This document shows, piece after piece, positions 10,090 to 20,515 of a stretch of DNA of 64,000 nucleotides (position 1 is its first letter; every line of letters begins with the position of its first letter). Below the pieces are notes generated by a model. It ran no database searches. It saw nothing but the letters and a program-made list of their open reading frames with translations, and was not told the DNA's origin. Origin of the DNA: a virus. The position numbers and the translations under genes were made by a program. Where the stretch lies: positions 6,528-70,527 of the IMG/VR virus record IMGVR_UViG_3300032213_002833; one strand, given 5' to 3'.

Positions 10090-11562
10090 TTAATCTGCTT
10101 TTAAATCATTTTGTTGAATATAAAATACTAGTTCATCTATTAATATCTGATCAATAGAACTAAAAGACCATTCTCCTTTTAAAAGGATAACATTTTCTGA
10201 ATTTTTGGCTATTGCTCTTTTTCTTTTTAATGCTTTTTCAGTATTTTCAGTTTCAACATCCATTATAAATCCATTTATTTGAACAATTGGAATAGCTTGA
10301 TTTTGAGAAATAGCAGATTGAGCTAATTGAGCTAATGTAGTATTTAATATAGCCTGAGCTTGAGGAGTATCAGGGTAACAAAAAGACATAGCTTGATCTA
10401 AAAGATTTAAATATTGTATACATTGAATTAAAATATCTCTTATTAGGGTTAATAGTGATGAAATATCACTATTTAATTTTCTTAAATCTACTATAGTTTT
10501 GTCAAATTCTAATTTAAAATCTTCAATATTATTTATTATATTTACTGGGATGCCAGGGACAAAAGGAACTCCTGTTGATGCTGGGAGAGGGATGAGTTTT
10601 AATGTTTGGTAGGCTGTACTTAAAAGTTCAATGACACCTCCAGTTATGCCTATAACTTTAGTTGATGTGTCAATTATTATAAAAAGTCCATTTAAAACAG
10701 ATACTAAATTATTTTTCTTTTTTAATAAAATAGTAAGTTCTTCTTTAGATGGACAGAAATTACTTTCATCAGCAAAATATTCTAAAATTTCACTTTGACC
10801 TCTTTCTAAAAGTTCTTGAGCTTTAATCATGCCAAATTTAGCTAACAAATCTAAAAGAATAGGGATTAAATTTTGTTTTATATTAGAATATGACTTAATT
10901 AAAGTATCTGTTTGAGCATTCCTAGCACTAGAATCTGCTGTGGTTTTTATTTCTTTTTGAGTAGATTGTTTTTGTTTACTTTTTTCTTGGTAAAGTCCTC
11001 TATTTTGGTCAATTAAAATTATATCACCTAAATCACCTAAAGTAGAACCATCTCCTTTTAAAGGAATAATTTTTTTAGTTATATAACCAGGGGCACTTAT
11101 TTTAACTTTAGGAGTTAAAAATGGAAAGGAAGATGGAACTACATCTCTAGGATCAGCATTTAAAAGAAAATTACCATTAACATCTGTAAAAGTTTCAGAA
11201 CATTTAAAAGGGACATATTTTTCTATAAACTCTACATCTGCTGAGGAAGTGATTAGATTCCAATTTAAGCTATTTGGTTGGGGGATTTCAGAAGGTGGAA
11301 CTCTTTTTCTTTGGGGGTTTTTAGTAATAAAATAATACTTTGTTATATCTTGATATTCTATAACATTATAACCAGTAATTGATGAATTTGTTGGAGTACC
11401 TAATAATCCTGTTTGGTTTCCAAGAAGGGGGTCTGGGGGTTGAGTAGATAAAGAAGGGTTAATGGTAGGAGTTTCATATATAGGAACTTCAAGTTCTACT
11501 TCTTTTTTATAAAAGTATTGTTTACTAAAATCACTATTTATACAAATTTGAAAATTTCCCAT
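10090..11562 (-). CDS. hypothetical structural-module protein
   Basis: 490-aa ORF; 'TFTDVNGNF...KISAPGY' resembles a carboxypeptidase-regulatory-like beta domain; helical C-terminal half. Confidence 0.65.
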   Translation of the reverse strand: MGNFQICINSDFSKQYFYKKEVELEVPIYETPTINPSLSTQPPDPLLGNQTGLLGTPTNSSITGYNVIEYQDITKYYFITKNPQRKRVPPSEIPQPNSLNWNLITSSADVEFIEKYVPFKCSETFTDVNGNFLLNADPRDVVPSSFPFLTPKVKISAPGYITKKIIPLKGDGSTLGDLGDIILIDQNRGLYQEKSKQKQSTQKEIKTTADSSARNAQTDTLIKSYSNIKQNLIPILLDLLAKFGMIKAQELLERGQSEILEYFADESNFCPSKEELTILLKKKNNLVSVLNGLFIIIDTSTKVIGITGGVIELLSTAYQTLKLIPLPASTGVPFVPGIPVNIINNIEDFKLEFDKTIVDLRKLNSDISSLLTLIRDILIQCIQYLNLLDQAMSFCYPDTPQAQAILNTTLAQLAQSAISQNQAIPIVQINGFIMDVETENTEKALKRKRAIAKNSENVILLKGEWSFSSIDQILIDELVFYIQQNDLKAD

Positions 11563-11569
11563 GTTTTAT

Positions 11570-13189
11570 TTATAATGATGATGTTTGGTTTGTTGTAAGT
11601 GACTGAAATGAACCAGTTACATTATTATATGAAGTAATTATGTCATTTATATTTTGTTGGCCTTGAAGAATAACACTACCCAAACCAGAATTATTTACAA
11701 ATTGTTCTAACCTAGCTCTAGTTTCAGCATTAAGTAAAGGTTTAAATTTAACTTTAGCATTGTTAAGAAAATCACCAGTATCACTTGCAATTACTCTTCC
11801 TTTTAAAGAAACTGTAGCTATATTTTCTTTAGGAAAACTCCAAAGATTTATACAAGTTAAATTTTTAATTTTATTACTATTTATAAAATCTTTTAAATTT
11901 GTAATATCTTGAGGGGCATTATATTCACTATTATTAACGATTTGATTTAATTGATCCCTATTTCTTGAAAAAACTACTGTGGTTGGGGTTAGAGAAGTAC
12001 TTGCTATTGTAGTTGTACTTTGAAAATTTTGTGATTTATATAAAGAAATAATAAATTGGTCTGTTAAATTAAAAGATGAAGTTTGGTTTTGTTGAGTTTG
12101 ATTAATTGGAGGGTATGTTGAAAATAGTGATTGATATTCAGTTGGTGATGGAACTACTAAATTTTGATCAATGAATGGTGTTACTGATCCAGTTGGAGAT
12201 AAAGGAGCAGTAGGAGAATTTTCTTTTAAAAAATCATTCCCATAAGCTTTCCAAGCGGATTTTGTACTGTTACCACATTCTCCATATCCTGGTTTTGCTT
12301 TGTTTAGTGGTTTTCCACTAGTAGTCCATTTGTATTTTTTATTATCTAACCAATCTTGGAATTTTTTAATACCTTCTTCTCCTCCTGGGGGGCATTCTGT
12401 GTTGTTAGGTGATGGTTGAGTAGATTGGGTTACATTTGATGGAGTGGGTGGGGTAACAGTAGGTTGGGCAATATCAAATGGGTTAAATGATGTTTGGGGT
12501 AAATTTACACCTTCTGGGGTTGGTTGGGAAAATATATTAGTTGAAGAAAATGGGTCTGAGGTTAAAGTAGATTGGGTAAATGTTTCAACTTCTGAATTAG
12601 GGTTTAAAATTGAGGGGTTTGGGTAATAAGCAACTTTATATACTCCTTGTCTAAGAGGTGGATTTGGTAGGGAAGAAGCTATTTGATTAACCTTATTTAT
12701 AATATCAAAAAATTGTTGAGCTTCAGAAGTGTATTGTCCTAATATATTATTAAAACTATTAAGACTGTTATTTAAAGTATTAATATCAGTAGCTATATTA
12801 TCCAATGAAGAAGTTGAATTACTTGAATTAAGATTTTGTTTAGTTTCTTCTAAAAGTTTTTTAAGTTCAGAATCATCTGATTCTGGTTTTTTGAGTAAGT
12901 CATTTATTCGATTAACTCCTTGAGATATTTCATCCGCTAATAAAGTAATATCTTCAACTTTTTCTAAATTTACTATTTGTTCATATGTAAATCCTACTAT
13001 TGAACCAGTATAATATAATGTTCCATAAGCTGAACCATCTGGAGAAAATGTTTCTCTTACTAAAACTAGTTGGTTTAACTGGTTGGCCATTTTTTTAGCC
13101 ATAGAAGGGAAATTCAATTTTGAAACTATATCTTCAGCAGTATAAGTTAAAGCATTTCCAAATATTAAATCAGGATTTATTACACTCAT
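11570..13189 (-). CDS. mosaic hypothetical protein with low-complexity P/T/S linkers and a possible peptidoglycan-binding segment
   Basis: 539 aa; 'GIKKFQDWLD...GYGECGNSTKSAW' resembles PG_binding_1. Confidence 0.6.
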   Translation of the reverse strand: MSVINPDLIFGNALTYTAEDIVSKLNFPSMAKKMANQLNQLVLVRETFSPDGSAYGTLYYTGSIVGFTYEQIVNLEKVEDITLLADEISQGVNRINDLLKKPESDDSELKKLLEETKQNLNSSNSTSSLDNIATDINTLNNSLNSFNNILGQYTSEAQQFFDIINKVNQIASSLPNPPLRQGVYKVAYYPNPSILNPNSEVETFTQSTLTSDPFSSTNIFSQPTPEGVNLPQTSFNPFDIAQPTVTPPTPSNVTQSTQPSPNNTECPPGGEEGIKKFQDWLDNKKYKWTTSGKPLNKAKPGYGECGNSTKSAWKAYGNDFLKENSPTAPLSPTGSVTPFIDQNLVVPSPTEYQSLFSTYPPINQTQQNQTSSFNLTDQFIISLYKSQNFQSTTTIASTSLTPTTVVFSRNRDQLNQIVNNSEYNAPQDITNLKDFINSNKIKNLTCINLWSFPKENIATVSLKGRVIASDTGDFLNNAKVKFKPLLNAETRARLEQFVNNSGLGSVILQGQQNINDIITSYNNVTGSFQSLTTNQTSSL

Positions 13190-13190
13190 A

Positions 13191-14414
13191 TTATTGAATT
13201 TTTACAAATGAAGATTTAATTCCACCTTTTTCTCTATTTAAATATGGGAGAATATCATTATTTAAATATTGAACAGCATTATAACAATGAATTTTTACAC
13301 CAGTTGCTGTGGAATTTTGATAAAGTGTATCTGCTAAATTTCTAAGAGTAACAACTATATTTTTTAAAGTTTCAACAGTATCATTACCTAATAATACAGG
13401 TTGCATTACTTCAGGAGTATTTCCTAAAGTAATATTTGTACTAGAAATATTTACATTATCTGAATATAATGAAATTTTAGGGCTAGATATGTTAATTTGA
13501 TTTTGTCCACTTACAATGATATCATCTTTAGCATTTAAAACTAATCTACTAGAATTAAATAATATTTGTGGATTTTTATATGATGAAGGAGTTGGTAATG
13601 ATTTAGCACTTAACTTTAAATTTACAGATTGATAAGACGTTAAATAAATTGAAGATAAATCTTGGTTTATGTCTTCAGTAACTGGGAGGAAGCCAACAGC
13701 TAAATTATCTTTTCTTTGTCCGTTTCTTAATATAGTAATTGGGTCTCCATTTTCACCTGAGGTAGACCAATTATTTGAATAAATGCTTAAAGACTTAGCC
13801 GTGTTACCTAATCTTATACTATTTCCAAATCTTCCTTCATGTATTACATCCCCAGCAAAAGGCATTAATGGGTGAATATCCTCTTTTTCTACAAAAGTAT
13901 CTTGACTAGCATTAATAGGAGAATTAGGATTTTCAGTTGTTTCTGAGTCTATTCCTGAGATTCTATAAGCACCTGCTTCTACTTGATCATATGTTTGTTG
14001 TTGGAAAAATGGTTGTCCATTATCTAAAAATTGGGGTAAACCATTATAATGGGGTGTATTCCATAAATTAACAGAACTTACATAATAAAATTCCTTTTTT
14101 AAATTTCTTTTTGCCCCTGCTGTAGGGACTGCTAAAAAGAAACATTGAACATATTCTCCAACTAAAGGATAATTTCTAATATTTGGAAAAAATGGTTTTG
14201 CTGTTTTAATCTCACCAGCACTATTTGAACCTAAATTTTCAAAATAAATTAAACCTATTCCATTTAAATCTAAACCAGTTTCATTAAATTTTGGATGATT
14301 TTCATCTAAAATAATATCCACAACCCTTCCCATAACCAAAGACCCCTTTGAAGGGTTGGATGAAAAATTTTTACCTTGGTTAAGACCTGAAAGGCCATTT
14401 CTGAGAATAGGCAT
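13191..14414 (-). CDS. baseplate hub / central spike protein (gp5/gpV-like)
   Basis: OB-fold-like N-terminus ('GRVVDIIL', 'YPLVGEYV'), 'GDVIHEGRFGNSIRLG', beta-repeat C-terminus 'QPVLLGNDT'. Confidence 0.65.
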   Translation of the reverse strand: MPILRNGLSGLNQGKNFSSNPSKGSLVMGRVVDIILDENHPKFNETGLDLNGIGLIYFENLGSNSAGEIKTAKPFFPNIRNYPLVGEYVQCFFLAVPTAGAKRNLKKEFYYVSSVNLWNTPHYNGLPQFLDNGQPFFQQQTYDQVEAGAYRISGIDSETTENPNSPINASQDTFVEKEDIHPLMPFAGDVIHEGRFGNSIRLGNTAKSLSIYSNNWSTSGENGDPITILRNGQRKDNLAVGFLPVTEDINQDLSSIYLTSYQSVNLKLSAKSLPTPSSYKNPQILFNSSRLVLNAKDDIIVSGQNQINISSPKISLYSDNVNISSTNITLGNTPEVMQPVLLGNDTVETLKNIVVTLRNLADTLYQNSTATGVKIHCYNAVQYLNNDILPYLNREKGGIKSSFVKIQ

Positions 14415-14752
14415 TAATTTTTAGGATTAAATTTTTGTACCTCGTTTAGTAATTGTTGTTTTTCTTCTTCAGTCATCCCAAACCCATCTTCTTCAGATTT
14501 ATTTGAAGCTAAAGCACGTTGAACAATAGTAGCCATTTTAACTAATTGTTCATCGTTTTTAATTCCTAATTCCATGTATTCTTTAATTAATGGAACTATT
14601 AAAGTAGCATCACCTATATCATTAATAAGTGGTTTTAATTCACCTATTAAAGCAGTAATTTGAACTTCTTTTTTCTTTTGATTGTCGTATATTTCTTTTA
14701 GTAAGTCAGAAAATTTTTTCTTACCAAATATGTTAGATTCTAAATTACTCAT
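14414..14752 (-). CDS. hypothetical helical protein
   Basis: 112-aa ORF preceded by the ATATTTATA motif. Confidence 0.7.
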   Translation of the reverse strand: MSNLESNIFGKKKFSDLLKEIYDNQKKKEVQITALIGELKPLINDIGDATLIVPLIKEYMELGIKNDEQLVKMATIVQRALASNKSEEDGFGMTEEEKQQLLNEVQKFNPKN

Positions 14753-14792
14753 ATTGTTGTTTTTTGAGTATAAATATGAGGATGTACAAAGA

Positions 14793-15524
14793 TTACAAGT
14801 TTATATACCCATTTTCTAAATAAAACACATAATGTTTTTTAAATACATCATAAAGAGTATTTGCTATTTTTGTAATTTTAGGTGTTTTAGCTTCAGGAAC
14901 CATTTCATGTATGTAAATGTATAAAGCTTTTTTATTGAAAATATCTATTTGATCTCTTTTTCTAAACAATTCTAAAACAGCATCTGCAATTTTAGCATCA
15001 TTTTCTTTTGGGAAAAAATCATATAAATTTACAGTAACATGATTTGTATAATTATCTATAAAATATGAAAGTTTATCTACTTCATTTGATGACTCTAACG
15101 TATAAGAATAAGAATCATCTTTAGATAATTCATCCACTGATGTTTTTTTAATTTTAGATTTATAATTTTTATCGTTATATAAAATACACCATCGTTTAAC
15201 TATAGTCCCAAAATAAGAATATGCTTTAGCTCCATTATTTGGATTAAATAAATGGATTTTAGAGAGTAAAAATACTATAATTTCATGTTGTAAATGTTCT
15301 AAATTTTCTACCTCGGTATGATAAAACTTAAAAGTATGAATTATATTTTGGGTAAGTTTAAAAAAAGCATAATGTATTTTTTCTTCATATATTTTACTTC
15401 TCAATTCTGAATCAGTAGTATTGTTATATAATACAATCGCATCTTCAGTTTCTTGGGTAAAATAATTTTTACTTTTGGGCTTTCTAGTCACTTTTTTAGT
15501 TGAATTTCCTAAGGTTAAACTCAT
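14793..15524 (-). CDS. phage sigma factor, T4 gp55-like late sigma
   Basis: 'KNYFT...AIVLYN' and 'FNPNNGAKAYSYFGTIVKR' resemble gp55 'NYV' and 'FAYFTQI' sigma region 2 motifs. Confidence 0.6.
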   Translation of the reverse strand: MSLTLGNSTKKVTRKPKSKNYFTQETEDAIVLYNNTTDSELRSKIYEEKIHYAFFKLTQNIIHTFKFYHTEVENLEHLQHEIIVFLLSKIHLFNPNNGAKAYSYFGTIVKRWCILYNDKNYKSKIKKTSVDELSKDDSYSYTLESSNEVDKLSYFIDNYTNHVTVNLYDFFPKENDAKIADAVLELFRKRDQIDIFNKKALYIYIHEMVPEAKTPKITKIANTLYDVFKKHYVFYLENGYINL

Positions 15525-15783
15525 TGAGTATGTTTTGAATTTCTAATATTGATTTAAAAATGACTCCTACGTCATCGTCTTTTTCAAAAATACCTGCACG
15601 ATCTACTTCTTTAAGTTTTTTTTCTGAAATTTCAATTACACGAGATAAGCTATCTAGATAATTTAGGTATCCCATCAATATGTCTTCTGATTTTTCTTGT
15701 TTTTTCATCAAATTGAAAGTCGTGAATCCTAAGACCACGACTATAACAGATAAAACACATGTTACAATTATTAATGCTATCAT
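15496..15783 (-). CDS. membrane-anchored hypothetical protein
   Basis: N-terminal TM helix followed by coiled coil. Confidence 0.65.
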   Translation of the reverse strand: MIALIIVTCVLSVIVVVLGFTTFNLMKKQEKSEDILMGYLNYLDSLSRVIEISEKKLKEVDRAGIFEKDDDVGVIFKSILEIQNILNEFNLRKFN

Positions 15784-16574
15784 ATATTATCTAATAAATT
15801 TTTTAAACTATCACTTTTAAATGAACCTAATGCCTTTTCCTTTGTTGAAGTCTTTTTAGACATGTTTGGTTTATTCCCTAATGTATAATTTTCTTTTTTA
15901 ACATCCACGGATTTTTTACCTTCTTTTAATTTAGGTAACCATTCACGTTCAAATTCAATACGTGCCGCCATTAAATCTGCCTGATGTAAGATAAAAGGAA
16001 GAGATGTTCTTGGTTTTTGTTCCGGCATAAAATTTAAAAGGTATTTCTTATTTGCTTCATCATATAAACCATCATGAGTCTGGATAGCAACCATTTCATT
16101 AAATGTATACTGGATACCATGTGATTGTAACATAAATAATCCTCTATCTGGAACAGATGAAAATGGAACTTTTGTATTAAACATGTAATCTTCTCCTAAT
16201 TTATCTTTTCTCCATTGATCAGTCTGAGGTATATATGATTCTTCATCTTCGGACCCCATTTTACCTAGATCATGATTTAAAGCTGAAAATACTAATTCTT
16301 CAGATGTAAAAGTAGACATATCAGCTCCTTCACTTGCCCATAAATCATATTGTTTTAAAGCGCATCTAATAACGCGTAAAACATGTTCTACATACCCTCC
16401 AGGGAAAGCATTATGATATTCTTTTTTATGCGCGGCAGGCATTAACATTAAACGTTCAGAATATTGAGTGTAAAATTCTAAAACTTTTTCTTTACGTGGG
16501 GAAGAAATATAACCATCAATATAAGACATTAATTCTTCCCAATTGTCTTGGATTTGTTCGGCTGTTAAATTCAT
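15780..16574 (-). CDS. HD-domain phosphohydrolase (YhaM/Cbf1-like)
   Basis: 'YHNAFPGGYVEHVLRV', 'LNHDLGK', 'THDG', 'LHQADLMA'. Confidence 0.85.
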   Translation of the reverse strand: MNLTAEQIQDNWEELMSYIDGYISSPRKEKVLEFYTQYSERLMLMPAAHKKEYHNAFPGGYVEHVLRVIRCALKQYDLWASEGADMSTFTSEELVFSALNHDLGKMGSEDEESYIPQTDQWRKDKLGEDYMFNTKVPFSSVPDRGLFMLQSHGIQYTFNEMVAIQTHDGLYDEANKKYLLNFMPEQKPRTSLPFILHQADLMAARIEFEREWLPKLKEGKKSVDVKKENYTLGNKPNMSKKTSTKEKALGSFKSDSLKNLLDNI

Positions 16575-16590
16575 AACTTTTATTTATTAA

Positions 16591-16764
16591 TTAATTTTCG
16601 TTTTCTCTTTCTACAATTGATTGGGTATCATCCCTTACTTCAAGAACTTCTTGTAAGATTTCTCTAGCTGCTTCTATATTTCTTTCGTTTAAAGCATTTC
16701 TTAAACGTTTTAATTTACCTTCCATAGACTCCAAGCGTCTCAATACTAATTCTTTATATTTCAT
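16591..16764 (-). CDS. small coiled-coil hypothetical protein (57 aa), not in ORF track
   Basis: MKYKELVLRRLESMEGKLKRLRNAL...ERENEN read by hand. Confidence 0.55.
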   Translation of the reverse strand: MKYKELVLRRLESMEGKLKRLRNALNERNIEAAREILQEVLEVRDDTQSIVERENEN

Positions 16765-16858
16765 TTTTATTTATTTACTTATTTTATTATAACATTTTAT
16801 ATTCTAAATATTTTTTAAATTAAAATATAATTAAAGGTAATAACTTTCTTTTGGGGAG

Positions 16859-17311
16859 TCACGCTTCTTTAAAAGAAGCTTTAAGAATTTCTTTTTCTAT
16901 AAATTTCTGGATTTTGATTAAAAAAGCACATTTTTCATAATCCTCTATACTTTCAAAATACTTTATGCTCGATTTTACACAAAATAACATTTCAGATGTA
17001 GAATTATATTGTAAAGCCTCCTTCCAATCTTTTTTTCTTACATTACATTCACTTATCCAAAACCAAGCCCTATTAAACATCATAAAATCCCCAGCTTCAT
17101 CAATTCCTAAAATATCTAAATCTTTATCAGCTTTAGAAAAAAACCCTACTACTTGTTTTTTAAAGTTCATCCCATTCAGAATCATTTTAGTAAACATCCC
17201 AATCCTAAAATGTGGGGTTTCTTTAAATTCGTCAAGATTTTTTTTGGTTTTCTTATCTAATTTATTTTCATCATCAAACCCAAATAATGCAAATATTCCC
17301 CCTAATCCCAT
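16859..17311 (-). CDS. hypothetical protein, C-terminal UVR-like motif
   Basis: 150 aa, 'FESIEDYEKCAFL'. Confidence 0.65.
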   Translation of the reverse strand: MGLGGIFALFGFDDENKLDKKTKKNLDEFKETPHFRIGMFTKMILNGMNFKKQVVGFFSKADKDLDILGIDEAGDFMMFNRAWFWISECNVRKKDWKEALQYNSTSEMLFCVKSSIKYFESIEDYEKCAFLIKIQKFIEKEILKASFKEA

Positions 17312-17352
17312 ATGCCTATATGTATATACAATTACTTAATTAAATACGCGCG

Positions 17353-17592
17353 TTAATTCGTTGATCTTAAATGTTTAATTTTTAATCCTAAATTATTTAA
17401 TTCATCTTCCAATAATGAAATTGATTTTTTTAATTCATCATATGCTCTAATCGGATTTAAAAAATCCGGATTTGCAGGATGGTATTGCCATACTTCATCA
17501 AGCATTATATTATAACCTATCAATTCATTTTGAATATTAGATATTTTTTGCTCTAATTGATGTAGTTCCATGGCTACAATTTGTTCATACAT
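17353..17592 (-). CDS. hypothetical protein
   Basis: 79 aa, coiled coil around 'WQYHPANP'. Confidence 0.6.
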   Translation of the reverse strand: MYEQIVAMELHQLEQKISNIQNELIGYNIMLDEVWQYHPANPDFLNPIRAYDELKKSISLLEDELNNLGLKIKHLRSTN

Positions 17593-18037
17593 ATTTTGCT
17601 CCTATTTGTTCTATAATTTGTTTAGCTTCTTCCAACGATATTCTAAAAAATTCTCTTTGAGGATTAACTCTTTGTTTTTTAAAATATTTGTGAACCTCTT
17701 GTTCTATACGTTCACCTTTAAAACATTTAAAGGCCCATTCCACTTCATAACCCATAGGAACCCCAGTTCCTCGAGATACTTGAGTTGCTCTAGCAAATGG
17801 ATCTTTTTTAGTATAACCTATTTTTATCATATTTGGGATTGCGGGATTAGACAAGATATAAACCCATTCATCACCTTCGCGGCCAACAAATAGACCTCGT
17901 TTTTTACCCGTGTAATACGTTATTTTATCCCAACCATCTTCTTGCTCTTGAACCGTAAAATATGTAGGTGGATTATTTGAGTAATCTTCAGAACAAGGAA
18001 TAAATTTTTTAGCTTCTTCATATGTAATACGTTCCAT
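17585..18037 (-). CDS. T5orf172/MUG113-like GIY-YIG-related protein
   Basis: 'WVYILSNPAIPNMIKIGYT...IEQEVHKYF...REFF'. Confidence 0.85.
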   Translation of the reverse strand: MERITYEEAKKFIPCSEDYSNNPPTYFTVQEQEDGWDKITYYTGKKRGLFVGREGDEWVYILSNPAIPNMIKIGYTKKDPFARATQVSRGTGVPMGYEVEWAFKCFKGERIEQEVHKYFKKQRVNPQREFFRISLEEAKQIIEQIGAKYV

Positions 18038-18040
18038 AAT

Positions 18041-18280
18041 TTAAAATCTAGCTTTAGCACCCGATCCTTTATACCAAGGTAAACCTTCTCTTTCTTTTAA
18101 AATTTTACTATATTGTGCCTCCGTATATTTGATTCCATTCAAATAATACTCACGTTTTTTATAATTCCCTCCAGGAATCAAAGCAGGACCTTCCCAATTA
18201 TGTAACTTACCATCAAAGGTATACATTATAGTTCCGTCTGCTGTTGTTAATTTTCTTGGTTTTTGATAAGTGTTGCTCAT
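18041..18280 (-). CDS. hypothetical protein with LHxxxGPA repeat unit
   Basis: 'DGKLHNWEGPALI...EYYLNG', a common phage repeat. Confidence 0.7.
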   Translation of the reverse strand: MSNTYQKPRKLTTADGTIMYTFDGKLHNWEGPALIPGGNYKKREYYLNGIKYTEAQYSKILKEREGLPWYKGSGAKARF

Positions 18281-18543
18281 GTATTTTTATTTAGATTTTC
18301 CAAAATTACTAATATTCTTGCTTTTATTCTTGCAGATTTAAATTGCAAATAAAATACTACAGTCAATCCTATAAGTCCTAAAATATTAATCAAATTAAGT
18401 GTTAACACATTATAAGACATTAAAATAATTTCCAACAGGAAAAAACCTGTTATAATCATCAATGTATTAACAACAATACTTAATTCACTATCCAATTTTT
18501 GGATTTGAGCCTCAATTTCTTTTTTGTCTACTAATTCTAACAT
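18277..18543 (-). CDS. membrane protein (2 TM)
   Basis: two hydrophobic stretches; own promoter motif at about 18563. Confidence 0.65.
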   Translation of the reverse strand: MLELVDKKEIEAQIQKLDSELSIVVNTLMIITGFFLLEIILMSYNVLTLNLINILGLIGLTVVFYLQFKSARIKARILVILENLNKNT

Positions 18544-18598
18544 AACCTTTATTTTTATATCCCAATATACGAATCAAAAATCCAATAACCAAGGATTT

Positions 18599-19036
18599 TT
18601 AATAAATTGGTTGCTCCCAAGAAGAAGTTACATTATTCCATAATTGTGAAATTAAATTCCAGCTTCCACTAGGATAAGTTCCTCCATTTATAATAAATGG
18701 GTTTAATATACCTGGACCATATAATTCTTCAGGGGTTAGGGAAGGATTTGAATTAACTGTAACAATTAAAGGTCCTGTTCCTCTTAAATATACATTATCG
18801 GGGTTAATTGGTATAGTTGGAGTAAAGTCAAAGCTTGAATTTCCCGGGGGAATAACAGCACCTAAAATGTAAGAAGAGGTAACTACCCAATTAGGGTCAA
18901 TGTTTACAAAATTTTCAAGAGTACCAACTATATTTTGTAATGAAGTTGAATCGTATACTTGTTGAAAGTTACGAATAGTTTCAATTACAAAGTAAACTGA
19001 TCCTGATGATGGGTTTGAGAATGTAAAAGTAGACAT
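18599..19036 (-). CDS. hypothetical beta-rich protein, possibly virion-associated
   Basis: 145 aa, S/T/P/N-rich; upstream ATATTTAT motif. Confidence 0.6.
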   Translation of the reverse strand: MSTFTFSNPSSGSVYFVIETIRNFQQVYDSTSLQNIVGTLENFVNIDPNWVVTSSYILGAVIPPGNSSFDFTPTIPINPDNVYLRGTGPLIVTVNSNPSLTPEELYGPGILNPFIINGGTYPSGSWNLISQLWNNVTSSWEQPIY

Positions 19037-19057
19037 TTATCGTTTTGACGATAAATA

Positions 19058-19300
19058 TTATTTTTTTACGTTCCAACTAAAGAAGTTGTTAAGCCATTTT
19101 TTACGGCCCGTACAATTACATTCTTGTAAACCAAACCATTCTTTGTATCGTTCTTGGGTAATACCAAATCTAGTTAATGTTGATTCAACAACATCACCCA
19201 AACCACGTCTTTGAAGTTCTTCTTGGGTCATTTCGTGGTTAATTCCTTTTGATTGTAATTCATTGATTACTTGGTCCATTTCTTGTCTTACGTCACTCAT
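19058..19300 (-). CDS. hypothetical protein (GLGD...CxC..RK..LN type)
   Basis: 'GLGDVVE...ECNCTGRKKWLN', a recurrent small phage protein pattern. Confidence 0.65.
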   Translation of the reverse strand: MSDVRQEMDQVINELQSKGINHEMTQEELQRRGLGDVVESTLTRFGITQERYKEWFGLQECNCTGRKKWLNNFFSWNVKK

Positions 19301-19454
19301 AATTTTTATTTATTATAAATATGTTTGACTTAAGTCTAGTTCGTGCTCGTAAAAATAAAGACAACACCACTTTGGGTTGTCACATTTTAGTTTTACCATT
19401 TTCCCACCATAACATCCTACTTGAAGTACGGTTGCCATGCCTGAAAATCTGGTT

Positions 19455-19667
19455 TTAACTCTGTCTCCTACTTTTAGTTTTTCCATATTTTTCCTTTATT
19501 TCGTCTAATATGTTGGTTAAAACGCCTTTCTTAAACGCATCATAGTCCTCCTGGTTGTCCTTAGGAAACGCACTTAAATACGTATTATCTATTGGATCTA
19601 ACGGGTAAAGATAAAATCCTTCCCTAATTTTTTTCTTTTGTTTTCTTGGTATTCTAAATTTTGTCAT
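19455..19667 (-). CDS. hypothetical protein
   Basis: 70-aa ORF abutting the upstream gene. Confidence 0.55.
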   Translation of the reverse strand: MTKFRIPRKQKKKIREGFYLYPLDPIDNTYLSAFPKDNQEDYDAFKKGVLTNILDEIKEKYGKTKSRRQS

Positions 19668-19931
19668 TTAAAGACTATTAAATTCATTTTGTAATTCATC
19701 TCTCTCAAGTTTGGCTCTCTCTAGTTCTTTAGTTAACATTTCCTTTACAAAATCTTTAGATGAATATCTTAATTCCATTTCACTGTTTCTCCCACATGAC
19801 CCTACTGAATAACTGATTTTAACTAATCTAGAACAAGTGGCTTTTGCACGGATTAAATTATTTATATACTTGGTAAGTTCATCAATTTGATCATTTAATT
19901 TTTTTGCTTGGTAAAATGTTTCATTTTTCAT
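19668..19931 (-). CDS. hypothetical protein
   Basis: 87-aa ORF with promoter motif at about 19950. Confidence 0.6.
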   Translation of the reverse strand: MKNETFYQAKKLNDQIDELTKYINNLIRAKATCSRLVKISYSVGSCGRNSEMELRYSSKDFVKEMLTKELERAKLERDELQNEFNSL

Positions 19932-20515
19932 ATAACCTGTTTTATTTTAAATATACGTATATCCCTTATCGATGCCAAAGATTCTTATAAAAAAAGAGAT
20001 TTGATTTTTATGGGTTTTTATCCCCCTTTTTCATTTTGGAAAATGTGAGTGTGTTGTGGGGATATATAGTTATATACAATGTCGATGGGTAAAGATCGTT
20101 TACGATCTGTGAAGTGGTCTAAGTGGCGTTCCTCACCACCCCACCCCGTATTGACATCGGCGCGCGTGGGGCCATATGGCTATATCCATACCATATATAT
20201 ACGGCCGTACGGCACCAGGAATACCACCCTTACACCTTGGATCTCTAAAACCACAGACTCACCATCTCACAGGCTCCATGGTCTGTGATCTTGCCACCAT
20301 ACCATTTTCAAACCAGTAAAACGCCAATTTACCCTCCGGTGTCAATATTGTGATTGTGGCTGTATCAGTTAAGCACCCATCGACATTTTGGATGCGTGAT
20401 TGGTTTAATTGGATAAATGTGTCTATACTCATGGCCTCCGAAAACCCGATTGCTCGGGCTCACAGGGCTGTATAATTAAAAAAGATAAAACCGTTATGAA
20501 GCGGTATCTTAATCG

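Noticed and set aside
20433-20470. Hammerhead ribozyme at CTGTGAG-CCCGA-GCAA-TCGGG
   Set aside because: The core needs CTGANGA and GAAA, both missing; it is only a GNRA hairpin.
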